From positions 1 to 55,775 of the forward strand of contig RQSC01000150.1 of the NCBI GenBank assembly GCA_013416795.1: 55,775 nt of DNA. Reading direction: 5' to 3'. Source of the DNA: Prasinococcaceae sp. CCMP 1430. Its lineage: Eukaryota > Plantae > Prasinodermophyta. Under the pieces are notes generated by a model. The model did not search any database. It saw only the letters and a list, made by a program, of their open reading frames with translations, and was not told the origin of the DNA. Position numbers and translations under genes: made by a program. Positions 20,520-30,968 of this stretch are shown here, piece after piece (within the stretch, counting starts at the first letter, position 1; each line of letters starts with the position of its first letter).

Positions 20520-20858
20520 CACTATCATTCTCAGCAGCGCTACGAACAGAAAAGGATAGACATACAGTAATTCATTTTTATTTTATTTTCATCAAGACTT
20601 CGCTTTTCACCTCCCTGGCTCCCTGCACAGCTCTTTCGAGGCGAAGTCGGCACCAAAAAAAAACTCCCACGGGCGTGCGTTTCTCGAACCCTCTCTGGCT
20701 GCAACTCCCTCCTGAAAAGCTGACTGATGAAGATGAGACCCTTTGTGTCCGACCGACGTTTTGATTTACGAGGCCTCACCCGCCCGGCCCCGCTGCGAGC
20801 GCCGATCCCCGGGTTCGACTGGGGCGGGGCGCGGGCGCGCGCCGCGCGGGGCGGCCAC

Positions 20859-21104
20859 NNNNNNNNNNNNNNNNNNNNNNNNNNNNNNNNNNNNNNNNNN
20901 NNNNNNNNNNNNNNNNNNNNNNNNNNNNNNNNNNNNNNNNNNNNNNNNNNNNNNNNNNNNNNNNNNNNNNNNNNNNNNNNNNNNNNNNNNNNNNNNNNNN
21001 NNNNNNNNNNNNNNNNNNNNNNNNNNNNNNNNNNNNNNNNNNNNNNNNNNNNNNNNNNNNNNNNNNNNNNNNNNNNNNNNNNNNNNNNNNNNNNNNNNNN
21101 NNNN
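20859..21104. other. Scaffold gap (likely hides the first TOP1 exon)
   Basis: Run of N. Confidence 0.99.
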
Positions 21105-21345
21105 CGGCGCGGGGTTCGCGCGCGGGGGGCGGGGCGCGGCGCGCGGGGGAGAGCGCTGCAATCGGTGCGGAGGTTGGGATCGGAGGGGTGGGGGGGGAGG
21201 AGGAGGGAAGGGCCGCGGGCCAGGCGCGCCGAGCGAGCGCGAGAACGCCTCCCCGACTGCGCCTCGTGCGGCCGCCGTGCCGCGCCTCGCGCGAACGCTC
21301 GCTGACTCGCGCGGCGCCGCACACCGCCGCCGCCGCCGCCGCCAG

Positions 21346-23649
21346 ACTCGTCCGATGACGACGTTCCGCTCGCGGCGCGCATGAAGAGCGCGCCGAAGCC
21401 CAGAGTGAAGAGCGAGGAACCCGACTCGGACGATGACGTGCCGCTGGCCACGCGCGCCAAGGCGGCCGCGGGGACGAAGCGGCCCGCCCCGCCGAACGAT
21501 TCGGACAGCTCCTCGGACGACGACGTGCCCTTGGCCTCTTTCATGAAGAAGGTGCGCTCGCCTGCCCGCATCGCCCGCCGGCCCGCTCGCGTCGCCTGCG
21601 CGTGCGCTCGCGGGAGGCGCGAATGCCCTTGCGCGCCGCGCTCGCATGGGTTAGGAGGGGTGGGCGTCGGGTGAGGTGGGGTGGATGGGTGGGTGGGTGG
21701 GTGGGTGGGCAGGTTTGCGGGGGGCAGGTTTGCGGGTGGAGGAGAGCGCGAGCGCGCGAGCGGGAGAGGGAGCGCGCGGCCCGCGTCGGCGCTGACGCCG
21801 TCGGCGGGCAATTGCGCGCGCGCGCGTCGCCCGCTCATTGCAGGCGCCGGCGCCTGCCAAGAAGAAGGCGCCAGCCGCCAAGCGCAAGCGCGTCGAGGTT
21901 GCCGCGGCCGTGAACAAGAGGGCCAAGGGGTCGGCCAAGAAGAAGGGCGCGAAGCTGGCCAACGGGCGCAAGCTGCCGGAGTCCTCGTCCAGGCAGAAGA
22001 TGTGGACGACCCTCGAGCATCAAGGCGTGCTCTTCCCGCCCGAGTACGTGCCGCACGGCGTGAAGATGAAGTACGACGGCAAGGAGGTCACGCTCACGCC
22101 TGCGCAGGAGGAGGTGGCCACCATGTACGCGGTGATGCTGGAGACCGACTACGTGCGCAAGCCGGCCTTTAACGCGAACTTCTGGAAGGACTGGAGCAAG
22201 CTGCTGGGCAAGAAACACGTCATCAAGGCGCTCTCCAAGTGCGACTTCAAGCCCATCCACGCGTGGCACGTCGCGGAGCGCGAGAAGAAGAAGCAGATGA
22301 CCAAGGAGGAGAAGCTCGCCATCAAAGAGAAGAAGGAGGCCGACGAGAAGCGATTCAAGGTGTGCCTGGTGGACGGCAAGCCCCAGGACGTGGGCAACTT
22401 CCGCGTGGAGCCCCCCGGCCTCTTCCGCGGCCGCGGCGAGCACCCGAAGATGGGCTGCCTCAAGCGCCGCATCGGCCCGCGCGACATCACGCTGAACCTG
22501 TCGAAGAAGCGCGCGGACGGCTCCAAGCAGGACCCACCGCCGTGCCCCATCGCGGGCGCCAAGTGGGGCTCGGTGATTCAGAACGACAAGGCGACGTGGC
22601 TGGCCACGTGGGACGACCCGGTGATGAAGGGCGCGACCAAGTACGTGTACCTGGCGGCCAACTCGGACTTCAAGGCGGACAGTGACATCGCAAAGTACGA
22701 GAAGGCGCGAAAGCTCAAGGACCACGTGGGCGCCGTGCGTGCGGACTACTGGAAGCGCATCTCCAAGTGCAAGGACACGGCTGAGGTGCAGATCGGAGTG
22801 TCGTGCTACTTCATCGACAAGTTCGCCTTCCGCGCGGGCGGCGAGAAGGACACCGACGAGGAGGCCGACACGGTGGGCTGCTGCAACCTGAAGTCGGAGC
22901 ACGTCACCCTCGGCGAGGGCACGAAGATCGTCTTCGACTTCCTCGGCAAGGACTCCATCAGGTACTACAACGAGGTGGAGATCGACGAGCGCGTGCACAA
23001 GGCGCTGGCCGCCTTCCAGAAGAGGCGCAAACCGGGCGACAACCTGTTCGCCAACATGGCGGTCGGCGACCTCAACGACTTCCTCAAGCAGCACATGCCC
23101 GGGCTGTCCGCCAAGGTGTTCCGCACGTACAACGCGAGCATCACGCTCGACCAACAGCTGCTCACCACCAACGAGAAGATGTCGCTCGACCAGAAGGTGG
23201 CCGACTACAACCGCGCCAACAAGGACGTAGCCGTGCTATGCAACCATCAGCGCTCCGTGCCGGCAGCGCACGGCTCGCAGATGGAGAAGATGAAGGGGCG
23301 GCTGGGCGACATCAGGAAGGAGATGAGGGCTGCGAAGAAGGACCTCAAGGCGGTCAAGGCTGGCACATACGTGAAGAAGGAGGGCCAGAAGACCACCCCG
23401 AGCGAGGAGCGCCTGAAGAAAAAGATCCAGACGCTGTCGGCGCGCGAGGCGAAGATGTCGCTGCAGATGGAGGTGAAGGAGGACCTGAAGACGGTGGCGC
23501 TGACCACCTCGAAGATCAACTACCTCGATCCGCGCATCACCGTCTCGTGGTGCAAGAAGCACGACGTACCCATCGAGAAGGTCTTCAACAAGTCGCTCTA
23601 CAACAAACACCACTGGAGCATGACCATCGAGCCCGACTTCCGCTTCTGA
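21346..23649 (+). CDS. TOP1: DNA topoisomerase IB, intron 21552-21843; first exon(s) missing
   Basis: Three SDDDVPLA repeats, [64 protein letters not shown] (catalytic Tyr). Confidence 0.97.
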
Positions 23650-23953
23650 GTGAGTGGGAGGAGGACGGCGCTGGGTGATGCGCGCGGAGGCGCGGCCGGC
23701 AGCAGCGGGCGGCGGGGCGAGGGCATCGCAGGTGACATCGCATGCACATACGGCAGCATCGGGGGGATCGATCGCATTTGCCGCGCCGCGCCGCGCCAAG
23801 TAAATACACGCGCGGGGCGGGACATTCTCACAGCAGCTCATCACGACCACCGAAGCTCCAATTATCACATAGGTTTATTGTATAGGGGTGGCCTCGAGCT
23901 GCGGCAGCACAAAGTCGGCGCGCGCACAGAAGCTCGTTATTAAGTGGGCCCGC

Positions 23954-24757
23954 TTAGAATACCAGGTCGTCGTCCTGGTGCGGCTGCAGAAGGTCGACGA
24001 AGGACTCCGCACTGCCACCGGCGCCGAGCGTCACGGGCGCGCCAATCTGACCCGATGCCAGGCGCGCCTCCTCGGCCTTCTTGGCCTCCTCTTTGGCTTT
24101 GGCGATCGCCTCCTGCTTCTTCGCCTGGATCTTCTTCAATCGGAAGAACTCCTCGCGTTCGAGCTCGTCGAGCTCGCCCTTGATGTACGAGATGGTGTTC
24201 TCGAGCTTCGGCGTCACGACGTTCTCCAGCGCATTCACGCGGCGATTGGTCGTCTTGATCGCCTCGTCGAGCGTCAGGAAGGACGTCTGCAGGCTCGCCA
24301 GCTTGATGAGCTCCTCGACAGCCTTGCCGTATTTCTCCTGCGCGCGCCGCACCTGCTGGCCGCCACGAGCGAGCCCATGCAAGCCACTGCGGCTCTTGAG
24401 ATCGTCCGGATCGGTGGCGTCTGCAAAGGCCGCCAGCCTGACTCCCGCCACGTTCTCGGTGCTCGCCTTGACCTTTACCACCGCCTGGCCCACGTTCTCG
24501 AACGCTGCGTGCTTGACGTTGTCACCCGCCGCGTACTGCACCTCGGTGAGCGCAAACGCCGCCTCGCGCATGTGCTCGCCCATCGCTTGCTTCGCGGCGA
24601 CGATCTCTTTGAGAATCTGCCGGAAGCGCATGGTCAGCGCGTCGCTCTTCTTCTTGAGCAGCTGGAAGCCCTTCTTCGCCGCGGCGAGGCGGATCTTGAT
24701 GCCCGCCAGCACCGTCACCGTCGGCACCACATTAAGGCGCGCCCCGGCCCCGCTCAT
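23954..24757 (-). CDS. ATP6V1D: V-type proton ATPase subunit D, intronless
   Basis: LLKKKSDALTMRFRQIL, LASLQTSFLTLDEAIKTTNRRVNALENVV, ELDELEREEFFRLKK. Confidence 0.97.
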   Translation of the reverse strand: MSGAGARLNVVPTVTVLAGIKIRLAAAKKGFQLLKKKSDALTMRFRQILKEIVAAKQAMGEHMREAAFALTEVQYAAGDNVKHAAFENVGQAVVKVKASTENVAGVRLAAFADATDPDDLKSRSGLHGLARGGQQVRRAQEKYGKAVEELIKLASLQTSFLTLDEAIKTTNRRVNALENVVTPKLENTISYIKGELDELEREEFFRLKKIQAKKQEAIAKAKEEAKKAEEARLASGQIGAPVTLGAGGSAESFVDLLQPHQDDDLVF

Positions 24758-25809
24758 CGCGCCTGCCGGCGGTGTAGCAACAAAAACGCCGCCGCCCCTG
24801 CGGCCGCACGCGGGCGGCGCGGACGACTCTGCAGCGGGTCTTCCCCGCCCACGCGGCGCTCAGATTGCACTCGCGCGTCCGACTCAAGAGCCACGCAGCG
24901 GCCCCGGGCGTCGCCACGCGCGCGCGCGCACGCCGGCCTCACCCGAGCCCGGGCCCGCCCGTCCGCTCGCCACACCGCCCGCCCCAAAAGCGCGCTCGCA
25001 GTCGGGAGCGGCGCCAGCCGCTGGGGGCGCGCGGCAGCCGCCCCTGCCGCCGCGTCCGCGGAACGGTGGCCTCGCTCGCCTCCTGATCGCTCGATTCACC
25101 AGCTCTCGCCCCTTAGCGCCTCCCCCGCACACGCGCAGGCGCACACCCACGCACGCGCCGCGCGCCAGGTGTGGCTGCACGCCGCCCCCTCGCCCCTCCG
25201 CGCGCTCTGCTGCGATCGCCCTCCGCGGCGAGCGGTGCTCACGCCAAAAAAAAAAACTCGAAAACTCGAACCCTAGAATACATAGGGGAAGGACGCCTCG
25301 CGTCGTCGCGGCGAGCCACAACAAAAAGTCAGAACCGGATACAGATCAAAAACTGGCGCGCGCGCCCCAACACCCCAGCACGGCAGAGCCAAAAAAAAAA
25401 AACGTTGGAGTGTGTGCTGAGTGCTCATTGGCCGTGCGTAATCCAAGGGCAAAACGTGGGAGTCGGTGCTGGGCGTCCCACGCCCGCACAGATCCGAGCC
25501 TGTGCGTTTGACGTCGTCAACGAACGTTGGGCGCAGCACAGCACATCGCAGTCGGTCGCGGTCGCGGTCGCGTCGCCTCGCTCGCCACCCTCTGCGGCGG
25601 CACAGTGCGGGCGGGCGGCGCGGCGAGGCACAGGGGTGGGGTGGGGGGAAGGTGCCCGAGCGGAGCCGCAGGCGTACGAGGTGGAGGTGCGCATCGATCA
25701 CACACCACCACCACGACCACCCCACACGCTCACACACACGCGCGCACGCGCACGCGCACGCAGGCGGGACGGAGGGCACTGCCGGCGGACGCCCGCCCTC
25801 GCCGCACGG

Positions 25810-25903
25810 CACCGCAGCCACCGCAGCCACCGCAGCCACCCCAGCCACCGCAGCCACCGCAGCCACCGCAGCCACCGCAGCCACCACAGCCACTGGCACT
25901 GCG

Positions 25904-25946
<43 letters not shown>
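25810..25946. repeat. (CACCGCAGC)9 minisatellite (25810-25890) followed by a ~43-nt poly-C run (25904-25946)
   Basis: Read directly from the sequence; two units carry single substitutions. Confidence 0.92.
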
Positions 25947-26152
25947 ACCACCTGCGCGCGCGCGCGCGCTTTTTGGCTTTTCGCGCGCACCCGATCCCCT
26001 TCGGACGCACCTCGGCCGCCAGTTCCAGTTCCCGCCATGATGGCGAAAATTCGAGTCACGGCCCCACACAGCTTCACAGCCACTCGCGGCTCGCACTCCC
26101 ATCCATGATGATGATGATGGCGGTGTGTCCACGTGTGTCCGATGGATTCGAA

Positions 26153-26352
26153 TCTCGGGTGCGATATTGACCTCGGATATGAACCCTGTTTATGGGGAAT
26201 GAAACCATAAATGAGGCGCTGGTGTACGGCGTCGTAACCTCAACTCGCGCGCACTCCCGTGGTGATGGTGGCGTCTCGGTGCGATCTGACCGCATATTAG
26301 AACCCTGTTTATGGGAACGAACCGTAAAGGAGGGCATGATGTAACCTGAACC
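26153..26352 (+). ncRNA. Diverged ~121-nt-period direct repeat with a conserved hairpin; candidate structured ncRNA pair
   Basis: Both copies share TCTCGG(G)TGCGAT..TGACC..AACCCTGTTTATGGG..CC(A/G)TAAA..GAGG..GTAACCT. Confidence 0.3.
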
Positions 26353-26497
26353 TCCACGCGGGGAAGGGGGAGGGGGCGGCCAGCCGCCGGCGCGGCGCGG
26401 CCGAGGCCGCCTCTCGCGCGCGCTCGCGCGACTGTGCTCGTGCGCGCGCGGTGTGGGGATCGCCAACGGGGGTGAGGGTGCCGAGGGGGACGAGGAG

Positions 26498-28039
26498 ATG
26501 GACAGGACACTGCGCAAACGCGCGACCGTGGAGTCGCGCCCGCTGTGCTCGCTGCGCACCAACGGGGTCGCGGCCGAATGCGACACCAGCGCTTCGGGCG
26601 CGCCGTCGGCCGTGGCGCGCTCGCAGTCGACGACTGGCAGCTCGCAGCTCGAGCAGTCGGCGGACCCAGGGAGGGGACTGGCGCGATGGCGGCGCGGGTG
26701 GAAGGAGGTCGACAAGGCCTTCTTCTGGGATGTGGTCTCGGGAAAGACGTCGTGGGAACTGCCGCGCGGCGAGAGGGTCGCGGCGGTGGCGACCAGCGAC
26801 GTCGCTGTCGGCCTTCGACCCACGCGGAAGGGCGCGCCGTGCCGCATCGTGCGCGCGACGAAGAGCTTCCGGCTGCCCGCGCGCGCGCGCGACGCTGGTC
26901 CCCAGGGGGATGCGGTCGGCGTCGGGATCAACGGCGGTGCGCCCGACCCCGCCGCTGCCGAAGAGACGGCGGAGCGCCTCATGCACGAGCTCGCGTTGTA
27001 CTCGGCCGATTTGATGCACGTCGCGCACCTCTTCGAGATTGTGCTCGTGAGCGACCTGCACTATCGCTCGCAGCGACGCTTCGACGTGCCGGACCTGGCG
27101 AGCGGCATGCTCTTCATCGATGTTCAGCGCAAGTTTCGCTGGCATCTGTGCCACTCCTTCCACCATGAGCTCTGGCACATGATTGACTTCAGGCTCCATG
27201 GGAGGGCCTATGCAGACGACGACGCGGAGTTCGCCCGGCTCAACGCTGTCGAAACAGACGCGCCTGCGGCCAAGACTGGCAGCTGCGCGGCACAGAAACG
27301 AGGGCGCGGTGAGGGAGGAAGCAGTGTGCGCGCCGTGTGCGACAGCGACGGCATCGTGGATGCGTCGCCTGCGACGCGCACGCTGGACTGCTGCAAGAAG
27401 TCCCTGCCCGCAGGACTGCAACGCGCGGCCAAGGACGACCGGGAAAGATGCAAGGCCTACTACGGCTTTGGCGCGCTGGCGGGCACGCAGGCCGCGAGCG
27501 CAATGCGCGACGCGCTCTTCGAAAAGCGGTCCCCCCCGCCGCCATCGGCTGCGTTCCTGAACATGTACAGCTCGTCGTCGGTGCGTGCGCGCGCGTTTGC
27601 CTGCGAGGCCTGCCGCTCGCGGCATCTGCACTGCTCCAGGCTGTGCGTGCGCGTTCACGATGCCCGCGCTCACCCGTCTCTCGCTTTGCGCCCCACCCAT
27701 CCCCTCACCACCCCGCGGGCGCCCGCGCGCGCGTGCGCGCGGCAGGTCGGCGAGGACAAGGCGGAGGTATGGGCAGCGCTGGTGCTCTACCCTGAGCGGC
27801 TGCTTGGTTCGACCGCGCTGATGCACAAGGCCGGCCTCCTGCTCGCGCGCGTCCTTAAGGCGGCGCCGGCCGGCGGCATGGACGCGTTCGCAGCCAAGCT
27901 CGACGCCGCGCGCGCGCGGCGTCTGGAGGTGTACGGCCAGCCCACGCTGCCGTCGCACTACAAGAGCAACAGTGGCGACGGCAAAGCGACAGACGAAGCA
28001 CGCGTCTCTCCGCCCAAGAGGCGCAAGAGCAAGGACTGA
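26498..28039 (+). CDS. WW-like domain fused to a putative zincin metallopeptidase, intron 27581-27745
   Basis: GWKEVDKAFFWDVVSGKTSWELP (WW-like); SFHHELWHMID (HExxH). After splicing, FLNMYSSSSVGEDKAEVWA supplies the downstream Glu. Confidence 0.68.
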   Translation: MDRTLRKRATVESRPLCSLRTNGVAAECDTSASGAPSAVARSQSTTGSSQLEQSADPGRGLARWRRGWKEVDKAFFWDVVSGKTSWELPRGERVAAVATSDVAVGLRPTRKGAPCRIVRATKSFRLPARARDAGPQGDAVGVGINGGAPDPAAAEETAERLMHELALYSADLMHVAHLFEIVLVSDLHYRSQRRFDVPDLASGMLFIDVQRKFRWHLCHSFHHELWHMIDFRLHGRAYADDDAEFARLNAVETDAPAAKTGSCAAQKRGRGEGGSSVRAVCDSDGIVDASPATRTLDCCKKSLPAGLQRAAKDDRERCKAYYGFGALAGTQAASAMRDALFEKRSPPPPSAAFLNMYSSSSVRARAFACEACRSRHLHCSRLCVRVHDARAHPSLALRPTHPLTTPRAPARACARQVGEDKAEVWAALVLYPERLLGSTALMHKAGLLLARVLKAAPAGGMDAFAAKLDAARARRLEVYGQPTLPSHYKSNSGDGKATDEARVSPPKRRKSKD

Positions 28040-28237
28040 TGCGTGCCTCGGCCCAACGCCGATAGCGAAGCACCCTGATGCGCGCCTCGAGAAGCCACGG
28101 GCGCCCGTCGCGCGGAGCGACGAAGCGACGCGTAGCGCAGCGATGCAAGGGGGCTCTCGCGAGCGCATTCGCGTCCCCGCTCGCCTGCTTGTACACTACA
28201 AGTAATTTCTTTTTTACAACATGCAGCAGCAACGCGG

Positions 28238-29371
28238 TCACGCCTCGGCGTCGGGGCTCGCGCCCGAACCCATCGCCTGATATCCCGCGGCCGCCATGAT
28301 GAGCGCGGCCCCCAACACCTCGCCACTGTTCAGATTCTCGCCGAGCGTCGCCGCGCCAATGGCCGCTGTTGCCACCGGCGTGAGCGTGTAGCTAAGCTGC
28401 GCCTCCTGCGGTGACACGGCGCGCTGCGCGCGTGCCTGCGCGAGCTGCGCCAGGCACCCGCTCAGCGCGCACGACAGCATGATGGAGACCCACAGGTCCG
28501 TGTCGAACGCGCCGGCGGCCGCGGATGGCCACATCGCGGCTCCGCCGCCCGCAGAGGCGTAGTCCTTGGCCACCCACAGCCCGCAGAGCGCCGCGAAGAC
28601 CACCGTCTTGCGGCTGAGCAGCGCTGGGGCGGGGAGCGTGCGCACCGCCTTGGACAGCCCCACCGTCGCGGCCGAGTAGGTGAGCGCCGCGAAGAGCAGC
28701 TCGCAGTCTGCGAGCGACACGCCCGCGTCGCTGACCGCGCCGTCGGCAGCGGAGGGAGCGCCGCTGAGCAGCACGTAGGACCCGACCATCGCGACCGCGG
28801 CAGCTGCGCACTCCCTGCGTGTGGGCATGAACGCGCCGTCGATCGCGGCCACGAGTGGCACGAACACGGAGGTCGTCTGTATGAGGAACGCCGCGCGCGT
28901 CGCGGTCACGCTCGCCAGCGCGTCGGCCTGCGCGGCGGTGCCCGCGAAGTTGAGCACGCCGAGGAGTACGGCGTATCGGGCGAGCTCCGACGCATCGTAG
29001 GCCTGCGCTTGGCCCGAGGTGTCGGCGGCGTCGCCTTGCGCCGCGCCCCGCGAGCCCCCGCCGCCCGCGCGGTCCTGCGCGACCTCGACGGCCGCCAGCA
29101 TGGCCGCGAGCACCGCGGCGCGCACGGCGGTGAGCGAGCTGGGCGCGGGTGGCACGGGCATGGCGTAGATGTGCCGCATGGTGGGCGCGTACGTCGACCA
29201 CAGCAGCGGCACCGACAGCAGCGCCGCCCGGTCGCCCGCGGTGGGCGGCGCGCTCGCGCGCACGCGCGCGCGCGCGAGGTCCGCGGAAGCTCCCGCCGCC
29301 GGCCGGCCGGCCGGACGGACGAGCGCGGCCACACGAAGGCTGATGCGGATGAGGCCATATGACATATACAT
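28238..29371 (-). CDS. EamA/DMT-family transporter with likely plastid transit peptide
   Basis: PLLWSTYAP, LGVLNFAGTAAQADAL..RAAFLIQTTSVFVPL, AQLAQARAQRAVSPQEAQLSYTLTPV..LGE. Start (29371/29365) is uncertain. Confidence 0.8.
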   Translation of the reverse strand: MYMSYGLIRISLRVAALVRPAGRPAAGASADLARARVRASAPPTAGDRAALLSVPLLWSTYAPTMRHIYAMPVPPAPSSLTAVRAAVLAAMLAAVEVAQDRAGGGGSRGAAQGDAADTSGQAQAYDASELARYAVLLGVLNFAGTAAQADALASVTATRAAFLIQTTSVFVPLVAAIDGAFMPTRRECAAAAVAMVGSYVLLSGAPSAADGAVSDAGVSLADCELLFAALTYSAATVGLSKAVRTLPAPALLSRKTVVFAALCGLWVAKDYASAGGGAAMWPSAAAGAFDTDLWVSIMLSCALSGCLAQLAQARAQRAVSPQEAQLSYTLTPVATAAIGAATLGENLNSGEVLGAALIMAAAGYQAMGSGASPDAEA

Positions 29372-29693
29372 GGGGGAACGAACCCGACCTTGGATGCAAA
29401 TTTGGAATTGGATGGGACCAACCAAGCCACGAACCAAGGAGATGGGACGAACACGAACCGAATTCCCGAATCGAATTCGGATGCACTACGGGGCAGATGC
29501 GGTACGGGCGGCGCCTCGGAGTGTGCGTGGCGGATGCGGTGTGGATGCGGATGCGGATGTGGTGTGTGCGGCGGAGCGGTGCGCGCGCGCGCGCGCACCG
29601 GCGCTCGCAGGTTCGACTTCGGTGGCGCTAGTGATCACCCCGGACGACGTGCTACGTTGCGAGGCGGCCGACTCGGTGTCCGTCTCATCGTCN

Positions 29694-30202
29694 TCGGCCG
29701 CGCGCCGGTGTCCGCGGAGGACGCCGCCGAGGCGGCGCGCGCCACCGCGCGCATCGCCGAGGAGGCGGCGACAGGTGGCGGAGGCGGCGCCTTCGACGCC
29801 GTGCTGGTCGATGGCGGCGTGACCGCGCTGCAGCTGGTCGTCGGATTCGTCGTCGGAGTGTTCCCCTTCGCGTGGGCGAGCGTCGAGTTCGGCAAGCGCA
29901 TACTCATTCAGCGGCGGTGCGAAGGGTGCGGCGGCTCCGGGCTCGTCGAGATCGGGAGCAAGGGGCTCAGGCGCAAGGTGCGCTGCCGCGCGTGCGGTGG
30001 ATTCCTGCCCTGGGAGAGCTGGGAGAAGTTCTTCCTCGGCACCGGCACGCCGGGCACCGGCGGGCCGCTCCTCGTGCCCCGGGGGCAGACGGGCCGCCTC
30101 ACGTACAAGGTGCCGCCGAGGCGAGACGCGGCCGGCGGCGGCGGGCGCGCCAAGGAGGCGGCGGTCGGCGCGCGTGCGAGCGCCGAGGACTCGGAGGCGT
30201 GA
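29694..30202 (+). CDS. DnaJ-like CxxCxGxG zinc-finger membrane protein (plastid type), 5' part unresolved at an N
   Basis: TM VGFVVGVFPFAWASVEF followed by RCEGCGGSGLV..RCRACGGFLPWESW. Confidence 0.72.
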
Positions 30203-30968
30203 GGCTCGCGACGCTGAGCGGGGCCGAAACTGTCACACAACCCTGTATTGTACCCCCGTCATCCTGCTCCGGCGCGCGCGTCGCGATGCGGCCGCGAACG
30301 AGGGGGGGGGCGCCCGTCGGACGCCCCCCGTCGCCAGGCGCGCTCACGCGAACCTGTCGGTCGGCGGGCCGCCCTGGTCGCCAGGAGCGTTTGCAGGGTC
30401 GCGCTTCGCGCGCGAAGCGAGCGAGCGAGCGAGCGAGCGAACGCGCCAGCGGAATGCACGCGAAGGGGGACGGGAATGAGACATGTGCGCGTGCGACCGA
30501 TGGCAGGCGCACTCGCGCTCGCACCCGCGCTCGCGCTCGCGCGCTGCGTTCGCGTGCGGTCGGAGCGAAGGCGCCGGCCCAGGCGGGAGGGATGGCCGCA
30601 TTTGCCGCTGGTCGGTCGGTCGCGGTTCCCCGTGACCATTCCCTGCGGCCTCTGCCGCCGCGCGCGCGCGGGCGAGCCGGCCCGGCGGTTGCGGCGCGCC
30701 GAGGGGGAACGTGCGCGCGAAAGGAAAAAACGGCCGTGCCTCTTCGGCCGCCCGCGCAAGCGGCGAGCGGGGACCGGGGACCGAGGCGTGGGCGTGGGCG
30801 TTGGCGTGGGCGGGCGGGCGCCACTCTCGCAGCCCCCAGCGTGCGCGCGGCCAGAAGATTCGCGGGTCAGAGCGCTCAGCCGCGATCCATCAACCCCTCG
30901 ACCTCCCGCCACCGCCCGCCCACCTGCGCGCGCGCGCGCGCGCGCGCGTCGCCAATCGCCGATTCGCC

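Noticed and set aside
20720-20770. CTGATGA box-C-like motifs here and at ~37338 as snoRNAs
   Set aside because: No convincing terminal stem, D box spacing or rRNA complementarity was identifiable by eye.
26143-26158. GGATTCGAATC resembling a tRNA T-loop/B-box
   Set aside because: Flanks do not form a T-stem on either strand and no cloverleaf is apparent.
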